Origin: Patescibacteria group bacterium
Lineage (GTDB): Bacteria > Bacteroidota > Ignavibacteria > Kapaibacteriales > Kapaibacteriaceae
DNA: 64,000 bases
Assembly (NCBI GenBank): GCA_044238605.1
Contig: JBIICY010000004.1
Coordinates: 29,395-93,394, forward strand
Direction: 5' to 3'
Shown: one piece after another, positions 20,401 through 28,332 of the stretch
How the letters are laid out: every line of letters begins with the position of its first letter
Position numbering within the stretch: position 1 is the stretch's first letter
Translations under genes and position numbers: made by a program
The notes under the pieces: model-generated
Seen by the model: only the letters and a program-made list of their open reading frames with translations
Told to the model about the DNA's origin: nothing
Databases searched by the model: none

Positions 20401-20954
20401 TCCTAAATCAGCAGCTCGCAGACCTTACGGAGAGCGAGCGCACACTGAACGAAACGATTGCAGAAATCAATCAGACTGCGCGTGAGAAGTTCACAGCAAC
20501 GTTTACGGCTATCCGTGAGAACTTCACGGTGCTCTTTAAAATGCTCTTTAGTGAAGACGACGAAGCTGATCTTCAGATGGTCGAATCCGAAGATGGTGAT
20601 CCGCTTGAATGTACGATCGACATCACCGCAAAGCCCCGTGGAAAACGTCCGCATAGCATCGAAATGCTCTCAGGGGGCGAGAAGACGCTAACAGCCATTG
20701 CACTGCTGTTTGCGATCTATCTCGTGAAGCCGAGTCCGTTCTGTATCCTCGACGAAGTTGATGCTCCGCTCGATGATGCAAACATTGACCGGTATCTCAA
20801 GATCATCCGCAAGTTCGCTGAGAACACGCAGTTTTTGATGATCACCCACAATAAGAAAACGATGGAAGCTGCTGATACGTTGTACGGTGTAACGATGGAA
20901 GAGCCAGCCGTTTCAAAGGTTGTCTCGGTTCAACTTTCAGGCGCAGCAGCATAA
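17415..20954 (+). CDS. smc: Chromosome partition protein SMC
   Basis: N-terminal Walker A GPNGCGKTN, long coiled coils, hinge, and C-terminal LSGGEKTLTAIALLFAI ... ILDEVDAPLD. Confidence 0.9.
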   Translation: MYLSKLEMVGFKSFGLKTDLDFTDGVTAIVGPNGCGKTNVVDAIRWVLGEQKTSMLRADSMDQVIFNGSRTRKPLGMAEVSLTIENNKAILPTEYSQVVITRRLFRNGESQYLLNKTQCRLRDIIDLFMDTGMGSDAYSVIELKMIETILSDKADERRHLFEEAAGVTKYKARRREAQRKLDAAQRDIARVQDIVREVQKTVNSLARQAEKARQHQELSTKLRELDRLLFAFEYAEEYALLLQLQAMVQGIRERREQAEQSITDREKAVADAEVQHQQSDADMRTAMAFETDVRTALAEIQQTISLVNERKSSTQRTLDRLDRENDESQNQQSSTSEELKHVRERMLAVQQEHAVVTQDLAEYRTKVQEAQSAVDGVRASMGSRREALAAARQQLNERSNLADRSRVQMDALGRRRRDVEQQQQQSQERMRQVEDQITREGADLPNIEQQLSDAENRLQSAEQRQRELEAQRDVLQKELEDYRSALAHSKASLEFLTGLVDTTESSKFLLNTKEWQPSGERVTLAEVINTQEEYRVAIEAALGEAGRYFVVANRAEAQQAITALSKNSVGKATFLCRDTIPVMHAPSSENLAAGAIGWASEVVTTDDQLRSALRSLLGATVLVSNLDDAWSAVAAPGVSSAVTLAGEVVHKSGAVRGGSTSKTEGVRVGRRERIDQLNEAIAKLESAIGIAEGSLREVRQELGTIDLRRLGDEVRKIALIRNDRQQRIDALRGRVEDILSQQQSLHDELQRIAEEVQSHSTDLAAVEQEIAEASSIVSARDKEIAEAEQHLRSVEAQSAERIAELRTVEIRLVRLQGEQQTLTTDEQRLANQSLTIDQRRAQRSQERIDLVQQLEQLEQQRVTDEAQAARIVARLTEARANRENLELQVKGHAAAVQEGSEQLRRDRKALDTLLAEQYDADVKLNEVTLRLESLVRRATEELDITPDETPSNPESEIGPEQLRIDVQELRRRLTSMGNVNFLALEEHERENERLNFLNQQLADLTESERTLNETIAEINQTAREKFTATFTAIRENFTVLFKMLFSEDDEADLQMVESEDGDPLECTIDITAKPRGKRPHSIEMLSGGEKTLTAIALLFAIYLVKPSPFCILDEVDAPLDDANIDRYLKIIRKFAENTQFLMITHNKKTMEAADTLYGVTMEEPAVSKVVSVQLSGAAA

Positions 20955-20983
20955 AAAATCAAACAGAGAACAAGGATCTAGTC

Positions 20984-21520
20984 ATGAAACGTTTCACATT
21001 GATACTTGCCGCAACAATCATGCTCGGCATCAGTCCTGCTCTTGCTCAGGAAGAAATTCAGGAAGCAATCACGCTCACCGAGACTGTACCTACAACGTTC
21101 GGTAAGGTCTGGCGTGCCATTAAAAAGTCAATGGAAGAGGTCTCCTGCACGAAAACCCAGGTTGAGAAGATCATTGAGCCGATGGAAGACGGCGGTCTCT
21201 ATAAGGGGCAGTACTTCTCGGAATTCTGTGTGCTAGCTCAGGGAGCAGACAGCACGAAGGATGTGATCAAGAGGTTCTCGGTGATACCTCGCATTCGTGG
21301 TGGAATCTGGACGACGTTCCGTATCCAGTACAAGTTCAACCTCAAAGAAGAGGAAGGCAACAAGACGAAGATCGTCCTGCGCGCTCAGTGCTCAGGGTAC
21401 GAGGAGTTCATTACGCAGGAAACACACTTCTGGAACTCCAACGGAAACCTCGAGAAAGAAATGATGGCCCGCCTTCTCGTGAATATCAAGAAAGAGATCG
21501 AAAGCGCTACGCAGGAGTGA
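20984..21520 (+). CDS. Hypothetical secreted protein
   Basis: Signal peptide MKRFTLILAATIMLGISPALAQEE. No recognisable catalytic motif. Confidence 0.5.
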   Translation: MKRFTLILAATIMLGISPALAQEEIQEAITLTETVPTTFGKVWRAIKKSMEEVSCTKTQVEKIIEPMEDGGLYKGQYFSEFCVLAQGADSTKDVIKRFSVIPRIRGGIWTTFRIQYKFNLKEEEGNKTKIVLRAQCSGYEEFITQETHFWNSNGNLEKEMMARLLVNIKKEIESATQE

Positions 21521-21737
21521 TATCGTACTCGGCAACCTTGATATCGAAAGTGGCTTCTGCTGTGTAGTGCTTTGCCATCTCCTGGTTGTTCGGTTCGATT
21601 ACTTTTACGGTAGCCCAGCAGCCACCGTGAAACTTTACAACCTCAGCGCGGTAGAGCGCTGTGCCTCGAAGTGCAACATTGTACTGCTGTCCGGGCTGAA
21701 ATTCTTCGAGAGCTACCTTATCGTGTTGAATGCTCAT
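21507..21737 (-). CDS. Small hypothetical protein, translationally coupled to the upstream kinase-like gene
   Basis: 76-aa ORF whose ATG overlaps the stop of the 21734..22900 gene (ATGA). No recognisable motif. Confidence 0.35.
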   Translation of the reverse strand: MSIQHDKVALEEFQPGQQYNVALRGTALYRAEVVKFHGGCWATVKVIEPNNQEMAKHYTAEATFDIKVAEYDITPA

Positions 21738-22900
21738 GATTCACTGGTCTTTCCGCAGAGCTGATGGTGGAGTGATTCGAGAACGTTGTACAACAGCTCG
21801 TTACGCACAGCAATAGTGAACGCTTGCGACTGCTGATCTGCATGGACGCGCATGATACCTGAATCGTGGATTTCCCGAGGCAAGGCCGTAACAGCCTGTA
21901 ACCACTGATGCAGGTGGGTAAACATTACGGTTACGGACGTGTAGGTTTCTTCGGCGCTCGTGATAAACACAGGGATACCAGCCACCTCCTGATCACTGAT
22001 ACACGTTGACTCGCCCAATGGATGATGGGCAGAGGCAATGCGGATAGGAATTCCTGCCTCTTCGGCAGGGGAGATCATCGTAGGGTAGATTAACTTGAGT
22101 CCCTGTACCGCCGCATGTCGCGCCTGCTTGTAGGACAACTGCGTTCGCACCGCCGAGTAGAGTCCGAACTTCGGATCGATACTCCGCACACCCTCGACGT
22201 CTGTCCAGATCACCACCTCAGACGCGCCCATCGTTGCCCCTAGGACAACAGCGGTAAGGTTCGAGGACTCCTTGCCCATCGTTGTGGTAGCCCCTTCTTC
22301 AGACTGGCCTACAAAGCCCTGTGTCACAACAACCGTGCGTGCCCCGAAAGCCTGCCCAGCTAGCAGCTGCTCAATTCGAACTGCCGATTTCTCGAAAAGG
22401 GGCTTGGCAGCTCCATGCTCGGATGAAGTTACGATAAGCTCCCGGGCATCAATCTGGACTGCCTCTACGGAATTGGCACGAAGTACAGAGCAAGCAAGGA
22501 TCCGAGAAAGGTCTTCGCCCAGTGCCATCAAGCGATCGAGCGTTCGAGAGGATAATTGTCTTGTTACTGAGATACTTCGAAGCAGTACTCGTGCCTGATG
22601 CACCACACCACTGAACTGCTCAACTGTATCATGTAGCGCGGATGGCTCATCAAGCAGCTCGGCTGCCGTTGCATGATGGTATGCCTCAATGCTGCTAAGA
22701 AGTTGAGCCGCTGTGTCATACTCCGATGCCATCGCAGTCTCTGCTGCCTCGATCAGACTTCGTGTTGTGGACCCAAGGGCACTGACGACAACAACAATTG
22801 GATTGGCCTGTTCCGACCGTATGATCGAGACCATATCCCTAAACCCTGCTGCGTGCTGCAGCACCGCCCCACCGAACTTCATGACGATCATAGCCCACAA
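21734..22900 (-). CDS. Amino-acid kinase family protein, aspartokinase-like with divergent catalytic motifs
   Basis: MKFGGAVL ... PIVVVVSALGSTT is the AAK fold N-terminus. Where GRGGSD is expected it has TTMGKESSN, and where VDGVYTADP is expected it has VEGVRSIDPK. Confidence 0.55.
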   Translation of the reverse strand: MWAMIVMKFGGAVLQHAAGFRDMVSIIRSEQANPIVVVVSALGSTTRSLIEAAETAMASEYDTAAQLLSSIEAYHHATAAELLDEPSALHDTVEQFSGVVHQARVLLRSISVTRQLSSRTLDRLMALGEDLSRILACSVLRANSVEAVQIDARELIVTSSEHGAAKPLFEKSAVRIEQLLAGQAFGARTVVVTQGFVGQSEEGATTTMGKESSNLTAVVLGATMGASEVVIWTDVEGVRSIDPKFGLYSAVRTQLSYKQARHAAVQGLKLIYPTMISPAEEAGIPIRIASAHHPLGESTCISDQEVAGIPVFITSAEETYTSVTVMFTHLHQWLQAVTALPREIHDSGIMRVHADQQSQAFTIAVRNELLYNVLESLHHQLCGKTSES

Positions 22901-23016
22901 ATCTACACCTCATTCATAGACATTTCACACCTAGTACTTGCACAGTATCCGGCGACTCCGTAGTTTTGCGATTCACATTTACACGATCAATTCACCCTCA
23001 AGAAATTTGAGGCCAC

Positions 23017-23191
23017 TATGGCTAAGCAGCAAACGTTCGGCGATAAAGGAAAGAAGAAAGCTGGCGATACCAAGATTAGCGTCAAGGTTATCAAGGCGTT
23101 TCGCTCTGAAAAGGGTACTATTAAGTACATGGAGCGCTTCGTTAAGGTAGACGATGTTGGTCAAATTGAAAAGATGGACTTCTCAAGGTAA
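23017..23191 (+). pseudogene. DUF4295-like small protein gene, apparently frameshifted in a T4 run
   Basis: Frame 1 reads MAKQQTFGDKGKKKAGDTKISVKVIKAF and then hits TGA after GCGTTTT. Frame 2 continues RSEKGTIKYMERFVKVDDVGQIEKMDFSR* to 23191. The joined product resembles Bacteroidota DUF4295 proteins that sit beside rpmE/rpmB/rpmG. It is under 60 aa and so absent from the ORF track. Confidence 0.4.
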
Positions 23192-23197
23192 TCGAAC

Positions 23198-23437
23198 ATG
23201 AAAAAGGGCATCCATCCCGCATACAAGACCATCGATATCGTTATGACCGATGGCAGTACATACAAGACACGTTCGTGCTACAAGGGCGATCGTATGGTAT
23301 TGGAAATCGACTCAAAGTCGCATCCATTCTATACTGGCCGTCAAATGCTTGTTGACACTGCAGGTCGTGTAGATCGTTTCAAAAAACGCATGGAAAAGAC
23401 AAAGGCCGTGCGCGATGCTAAGGCATCGGGTAAGTAA
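23198..23437 (+). CDS. rpmE: 50S ribosomal protein L31 (C-minus / type B form)
   Basis: MKKGIHPAYK ... SHPFYTGRQ ... GRVDRFKKR. It lacks the CxxC pairs. Confidence 0.9.
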   Translation: MKKGIHPAYKTIDIVMTDGSTYKTRSCYKGDRMVLEIDSKSHPFYTGRQMLVDTAGRVDRFKKRMEKTKAVRDAKASGK

Positions 23438-23455
23438 GGTTAAGGAGTTTTTCTC

Positions 23456-23731
23456 GTGGCAATCCCATCAGCACCAAATCCTAATACGATCAATTCGCCT
23501 TTCCGTCAAAAGCGGAACCAGCCGAAGAAGCGTACAAATCCGCTCAAGAAGTCTCGTATGATCGATTATCTCGATCCGAAGTTTCTGAGCCGCTTCACGA
23601 ACGATCAGGGTAAGATTCTACCTCGCCGCATCACCGGCGTAACAGCTCTGCAGCAGCGCAGACTTGCACGTGCGATCAAGTACGCACGTCATCTTGCGTT
23701 GCTACCTTTCGTAGCGCAGGATACGCGTTAA
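23456..23731 (+). CDS. rpsR: 30S ribosomal protein S18 with an N-terminal extension
   Basis: GTG start 9 nt after [40 protein letters not shown] matches the S18 core. Confidence 0.85.
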   Translation: MAIPSAPNPNTINSPFRQKRNQPKKRTNPLKKSRMIDYLDPKFLSRFTNDQGKILPRRITGVTALQQRRLARAIKYARHLALLPFVAQDTR

Positions 23732-23783
23732 TAACACAGTCAACAAAGCCCTTGCTGTACGAAACATTGTGCGGCAAGGTAAT

Positions 23784-23855
23784 TGGGGCGTCGCCAAGCG
23801 GTAAGGCAGCGGGTTTTGGTTCCGCCATGCGTAGGTTCGAATCCTGCCGCCCCAG
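23784..23855 (+). tRNA. tRNA-Gln (anticodon TTG)
   Basis: U1:A72 acceptor pair TGGGGCG/CGCCCCA, D-arm TCGCCAAGCGGTAAGGCA nearly identical to E. coli tRNA-Gln, anticodon loop TTTTGGT, T-arm GTAGGTTCGAATCCTGC. Confidence 0.8.
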
Positions 23856-23881
23856 CACACGATCACTAGCTGGAATTCTAC

Positions 23882-24829
23882 GTGAACTCGGAGATAAAGA
23901 TCGTAGCCGGTAGATCTAACCCAGAGATTGCTCTGAAGATCGCGCGGGCCACGCATCGGGAACTATCGGAAGTTACCATTCGTAACTTCAGTGACGGTGA
24001 GATCTGGGTCAAGTACGAAGAAAACGTTCGTGGCGTTGATCTATACATTGTGCAATCAACGGTTGCCCCTTCGGACAACTTGATGGAACTGCTGATGTTG
24101 ATTGATGCGGCAAAGCGGGCCTCGGCACGCCGAATAACAGCAGTGATCCCGTACTTTGGATATGCAAGACAAGACCGCAAAGATCAGCCACGGGTTGCAA
24201 TAACGGCTAAACTAGTGGCAAATCTGTTGGTAGAAGCCGGAGCAAACCGCGTGGTTACCATGGATCTGCACACTCCGCAGCTTCAGGGATTTTTCGACAT
24301 CCCGCTTGACCACCTGTATGCGTCATCGGTGTCGGTTGGGATCCTGAAGGCTCTGCAGCTCGATAACCTAGCGATTGCCGCTCCCGACGTTGGGGGAGTG
24401 AAAACCGCCAGGGCATTTGCAAAGATGCTCGGTGATGCAGATCTGGTAGTTGTAGACAAGCGCCGGCCGAAACACAATGTTGCTCAGGTGATGAATATCA
24501 TCGGAGAAGTTCAAGGAAAGAACATTGTTATCGTTGACGATCTTATCGACACAGGTAGCACTTTTGTGCAGTGCGTCGAGGCGCTGAAGAAGCAAGGGGC
24601 TGCGCAGATCATCGGTGTGTGTACGCACCCAGTGTTCTCGGGCTCAGCGGTTCAAAAGCTTGTGAATTGTGAAGCACTCACAAAGTTGTATGTAACAGAT
24701 ACCATACCACTGCGCGAGTCACACAGCAAAATAGAAGTCATGAGTGTTGCTCCATTGTTCGCAGAAGCGATCATACGGACACATGAAAATCAGTCGATTA
24801 GCTCATTGTTCGACACGAGCCAGGGCTAA
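23882..24829 (+). CDS. prs: Ribose-phosphate pyrophosphokinase
   Basis: MNSEIKIVAGRSNPEIALKIA ... PRPP-binding motif VIVDDLIDTGST. Confidence 0.9.
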   Translation: MNSEIKIVAGRSNPEIALKIARATHRELSEVTIRNFSDGEIWVKYEENVRGVDLYIVQSTVAPSDNLMELLMLIDAAKRASARRITAVIPYFGYARQDRKDQPRVAITAKLVANLLVEAGANRVVTMDLHTPQLQGFFDIPLDHLYASSVSVGILKALQLDNLAIAAPDVGGVKTARAFAKMLGDADLVVVDKRRPKHNVAQVMNIIGEVQGKNIVIVDDLIDTGSTFVQCVEALKKQGAAQIIGVCTHPVFSGSAVQKLVNCEALTKLYVTDTIPLRESHSKIEVMSVAPLFAEAIIRTHENQSISSLFDTSQG

Positions 24830-24868
24830 GCACAAAACGTCGGTAATACATTTCGTTAGGATGTTGGT

Positions 24869-25462
24869 ATGAGCCAGATTGTTCTTCAAGCAGAATCGCG
24901 TGTTCCAGGACAGAGCATCGCAAAGAAGCTGCGCAGTGACGAACGCGTTCCAGGTGTGTTCTATGCAAACGGACAAACCCCAGTGCATTTCTCTGTAGCA
25001 TACCTTGCGTTGCGTCCGGTAGTCCATACACCGAAGGCAAAGACAGTGAACCTGGAAGTAGACGGCAAGCACATGCTCTGCATCCTCAAGGATGTAACGT
25101 TTGATCCTCTCACCGACAAGATCCTGCACGTAGACATGCTTGGCGTTAAGGCTGGTCAGAAGATCCAGATGAAGATTCCTCTCCACGTTAACGGCCTTGC
25201 TCAAGGCGTTCGCGAGGGTGGTACACTCGAGCATGTGCTTCACAAAGCAAATGTCAAGGTGGATCCTACCGAAATGCCGGAAGTGATTGAGATTGACGTC
25301 ACGAGCCTTGGTCGTGGTTCAGCAATCCACGTTTCAGACCTCAACGTCCCTGGCGTTGAGTTCCTCGATCGGCCAAGCGCTATTGTTGTTGCCTGCCACG
25401 CTCCAAAGGTTGTTGAGAAGGCAGAAACGACAGAGACAACGAAGAAGAAGGGTAAGAAGTAA
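24869..25462 (+). CDS. rplY: 50S ribosomal protein L25 / general stress protein Ctc
   Basis: N-terminus QAESRVPGQSIAKKLRSDERVPGVFYANG and the usual prs-rplY order. Confidence 0.85.
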   Translation: MSQIVLQAESRVPGQSIAKKLRSDERVPGVFYANGQTPVHFSVAYLALRPVVHTPKAKTVNLEVDGKHMLCILKDVTFDPLTDKILHVDMLGVKAGQKIQMKIPLHVNGLAQGVREGGTLEHVLHKANVKVDPTEMPEVIEIDVTSLGRGSAIHVSDLNVPGVEFLDRPSAIVVACHAPKVVEKAETTETTKKKGKK

Positions 25463-25475
25463 GAAGGGCACGAGG

Positions 25476-25537
25476 GTACTGAAGGTACTAGGGACTAGGT
25501 ACTAGGGACTAGGGACTAGGGACTAGGGACTAGGGAC
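25476..25537. repeat. Tandem heptamer array (ACTAGGG)n, about 7-8 units with two GTACTAGGG variants
   Basis: Read directly: gtactagggactaggtactagggactagggactagggactagggactagggac, immediately 3-prime of rplY. Confidence 0.8.
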
Positions 25538-25555
25538 GCAAGAGGAAATATATAG

Positions 25556-25588
25556 GCGCACGTATCGGAAACGGTACGTGCGTTTTTC
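25556..25588. terminator. Hairpin terminator between rplY and the convergent 25590 gene
   Basis: Stem GCGCACGTA / TACGTGCG(C) with loop TCGGAAACGG, then GTTTTT. Confidence 0.5.
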
Positions 25589-25589
25589 G

Positions 25590-26987
25590 TTAGAGAAGCT
25601 TGAGTGCTTCTGGTAGCAATGTGCGTTGTATCTCCTCTCGAAACTCAGTGTACAAGCGCTTCTGGGTTCGAATATCAGTGTGGCGCTCGATGTTCGTTAA
25701 CTGACGGTGCATCTTGAGTATCAGCTTTTTAAGGGGCTCGGCACCAGCGTCATCGCCGCCAGACTTCAATACAACAATCAGACGTTCAAATGCCTGTAGC
25801 GAGTTGAGGACGTCGTCCTGCTGCATCGCACGAATGATATCAACAACCCCGGAGTGAACGATAGATAACCCCCGTTGTTTCCTCCTACGCAGAACGGACT
25901 TAAGGAGCAGTTGATTGCCGGATAGTACGGCTACATAGCCAGCGGACTGAAGAATCACGCGCTGAATGTCTGCACGCTGCTTTCGAAATCGTTCGTGAGT
26001 AACGGCATCCGTAGCGATCTGTGCTGCAAGTTTATAATCTGCGCTGTGGAGCAAACGCCCCATGAGTTGATGCGTAACGAGAAACCAATTGGAACTGCCA
26101 ACACGGCTCAATTGTAGCAGTTTCTTTGTTGCTGCGGCAACTCGTGTGCGTTTTCCAAAAAACTGATGAATGATGATACTTTGAAGAATCCATGAGCTGT
26201 GATGTGAATCATCCCAAATCCCAATTTCTTTACACGCATCAGGGTATGCAGTAAGCCACGTTGTGGCAAGCTCATAATCATGCAGTATCTGGCTCGTTGT
26301 AACTGCCAGTGATAACCCCGCCGTAACAACGATAGGTTCTGTCTCCTTAACATTGATTCGACTCAAGATACTGGCGGCTTCGTTTGCTATTCGGACCTTA
26401 TGCTGCTGCCGCAGATTCTTTTTAACATTAGAGAGTATCAGCTTCCGTAAGACGGTATCAATTGCATTCAGCAGGTCGTGCGTTTTTTGGGCATCCTCAA
26501 GTTCTTCGCTGTAGCGATTGAAGTCGAGGGTGTTCGGCTCACTCGCGGCAATGGTTCTTAGCAGGCGGAGAGCATACAATTTTACATCGTACAAGTCTGG
26601 TAACACGATGTTGCGTATCGCAAGTTGAAGCTTGTGCTTTGCCAGCTGATGTGCCTGACTTCGGTACGCAATTCCAGCCGCGGCAACGAGTGAAAACACT
26701 TTGCGCGTTGAATCAATGCTCTTTCGCGCCGTAGACGATGGTTGAAAGGCTAGGATCATACCATCGAGCTTCTCGAGCAGTCTTGACTTTGCTTTTCGTG
26801 CAGAGTCCTCTCGCATACGAACATCCCGATCGTCAAGAAACTGGGGCCTTTGCCCTTCAATCACCTGCATAATGTAGCGTTGCTCTTCGTAGGTCAATGT
26901 GACTGCCAAGAGGTGCTGTAGATACAGACCATTGCCATAGAGCGACGTCAGGACGTCTGCATATTCCCGAAGCTTTTGATCGATCAT
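25590..26987 (-). CDS. Hypothetical all-alpha protein (cassette A large gene), distant paralog of 39378..40868
   Basis: 465 aa with no known motif. It shares the GSSNWFLxxxLMGRLL ... DYKLAAQI region and a THERFRKQRADIQRV-like stretch with the 39378 product at the same relative position, and has the same divergent arrangement with a small secreted-protein gene. Confidence 0.5.
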   Translation of the reverse strand: MIDQKLREYADVLTSLYGNGLYLQHLLAVTLTYEEQRYIMQVIEGQRPQFLDDRDVRMREDSARKAKSRLLEKLDGMILAFQPSSTARKSIDSTRKVFSLVAAAGIAYRSQAHQLAKHKLQLAIRNIVLPDLYDVKLYALRLLRTIAASEPNTLDFNRYSEELEDAQKTHDLLNAIDTVLRKLILSNVKKNLRQQHKVRIANEAASILSRINVKETEPIVVTAGLSLAVTTSQILHDYELATTWLTAYPDACKEIGIWDDSHHSSWILQSIIIHQFFGKRTRVAAATKKLLQLSRVGSSNWFLVTHQLMGRLLHSADYKLAAQIATDAVTHERFRKQRADIQRVILQSAGYVAVLSGNQLLLKSVLRRRKQRGLSIVHSGVVDIIRAMQQDDVLNSLQAFERLIVVLKSGGDDAGAEPLKKLILKMHRQLTNIERHTDIRTQKRLYTEFREEIQRTLLPEALKLL

Positions 26988-27108
26988 GGATGCCGCACAA
27001 AGTGGTCAATTTGGCCGTCCGAATATCTGCAAAAAGCAGCTTACTTCTGTTCGTTGTAGTTGAGAGTATTGAAACACACAATTGTTTCACTCTATTCAAT
27101 GGACTCTC

Positions 27109-27318
27109 ATGACCGAATTTTTTATCGCTCTGCTCATCTGGATGGGGCTGCTCGATCCAGCAACCAGCTACACGGTAAGTCAGGTAGAACAGATCTCAAC
27201 AACGAATTCATCGGCTATTCAGCAAGCCGCTTCGTCGTTGGATACAACTACCGCATCGTGGCAGAACGCACAGGCGCTCGTAAAAGAAACGCTGATCATC
27301 GATCCACGGGAATTATGA
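27109..27318 (+). CDS. Small secreted / membrane-anchored protein (cassette A small gene), paralog of 40946..41149
   Basis: MTEFFIALLIWMGLLDPATSY ... LIIDPREL is roughly 40% identical over about 60 aa to MELLLAILVWLGLLMPAQQ ... IVIDPLTR. The ATG at 27109 is preferred over the TTG at 27082 used by the ORF track. Confidence 0.45.
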   Translation: MTEFFIALLIWMGLLDPATSYTVSQVEQISTTNSSAIQQAASSLDTTTASWQNAQALVKETLIIDPREL

Positions 27319-28332
27319 CCGCGTCTCGAACCAACGTCCGTCAGAACGTATAATGTCGATCAATGCTTCTACAGCCCCGGCTGACGGAATATTCCGCTGC
27401 ACGATTTCTTGTCCGCGGTAGAGTGTGATGCGGTCCGGACCCGACCCTACATATCCGTAGTCGGCATCGGCCATTTCTCCGGGACCATTGACAATACATC
27501 CCATGATGCCGATCTTCACACCCTTGAGGTGATCGGTCTGGGCGCGAATCATGGATGTGGTCTCCTGCAGGTCAAAGAGCGTACGCCCGCATGATGGACA
27601 GCTGATGTACTCGGCTTTTGTCATGCGGGTGCGTGCGGCCTGAAGTATGCCGTAGGACAGGCGCACAGCGTCTGCCGACATACTATTGTTGCCGATTGAC
27701 ACATTCAGCATTACAGCATCACCATATCCTTCAACGAGCAAGCCCCCTACGTCTGTTGACGCCCAAAGTGATGCCTCATCGAGAGAGGTGGCCGAAATGT
27801 CTCTGTGCAGGATTATCGGGCATGCAATCTCACGCGCTGCCAGTACATCTAGTGTTCTTCGCAAGTCTCTGTAGTAGGACGTTGCGCTGCTTGAGATGCA
27901 TAACACGGCTGTTGTGTCGTGTAAGAGCTTTTCGAGAAGTGCATGATCGTCTGTCTCATCAGGTGAACATGCAACTACGTTCATTACTGTATGGCGTTCT
28001 TCAACGGTCAGATACTCCTGAAGTGTCAAACGCGGAACGCAGTAGAACTTGTCATCCTGCTGCAGCCACGCTGCATGATCAAGGATCTGCCGTGTTCCTG
28101 CAGGTGCCATAAATGGCAATGGGGTAGCCCCCATGAAGAGAAACTCAGCAGGCTGATCGGTCGTGGCCCACTTGTCTGTTGCGGCGTCGTAGATATGACC
28201 AAGGGGCGCTAACTGTTCCTTGTCGCTGATCTTTAGCTGTGACAGATCCGCAATAACGCGGGGCACGTTATCACCGCCAATGATCGCAACGTAGCGCGTT
28301 GCATACCGGTGATAGGCATATGGCGATCTCAT
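27313..28332 (-). CDS. ispG: IspG/GcpE C-terminal portion: insertion (A*) domain plus 4Fe-4S domain
   Basis: CPSCGRT ... [11 protein letters not shown] is the Fe-S cluster ligand region. Its ATG overlaps the stop of the upstream TIM-barrel ORF (ATGA). Confidence 0.8.
   Translation of the reverse strand: MRSPYAYHRYATRYVAIIGGDNVPRVIADLSQLKISDKEQLAPLGHIYDAATDKWATTDQPAEFLFMGATPLPFMAPAGTRQILDHAAWLQQDDKFYCVPRLTLQEYLTVEERHTVMNVVACSPDETDDHALLEKLLHDTTAVLCISSSATSYYRDLRRTLDVLAAREIACPIILHRDISATSLDEASLWASTDVGGLLVEGYGDAVMLNVSIGNNSMSADAVRLSYGILQAARTRMTKAEYISCPSCGRTLFDLQETTSMIRAQTDHLKGVKIGIMGCIVNGPGEMADADYGYVGSGPDRITLYRGQEIVQRNIPSAGAVEALIDIIRSDGRWFETRS

Noticed and set aside
23676-23956. Minus-strand ORFs 23676..23858 and 23702..23956
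   Set aside because: They overlap the hand-folded tRNA-Gln and the prs upstream region, and are spurious.
27060-27353. Alternative 97-aa ORF and the TTG-extended start (27082) for the cassette A small gene
   Set aside because: The 97-aa frame has no paralog support. The frame giving MTEFFIALLIWMGLL aligns with the cassette B small protein, so the ATG at 27109 was preferred.
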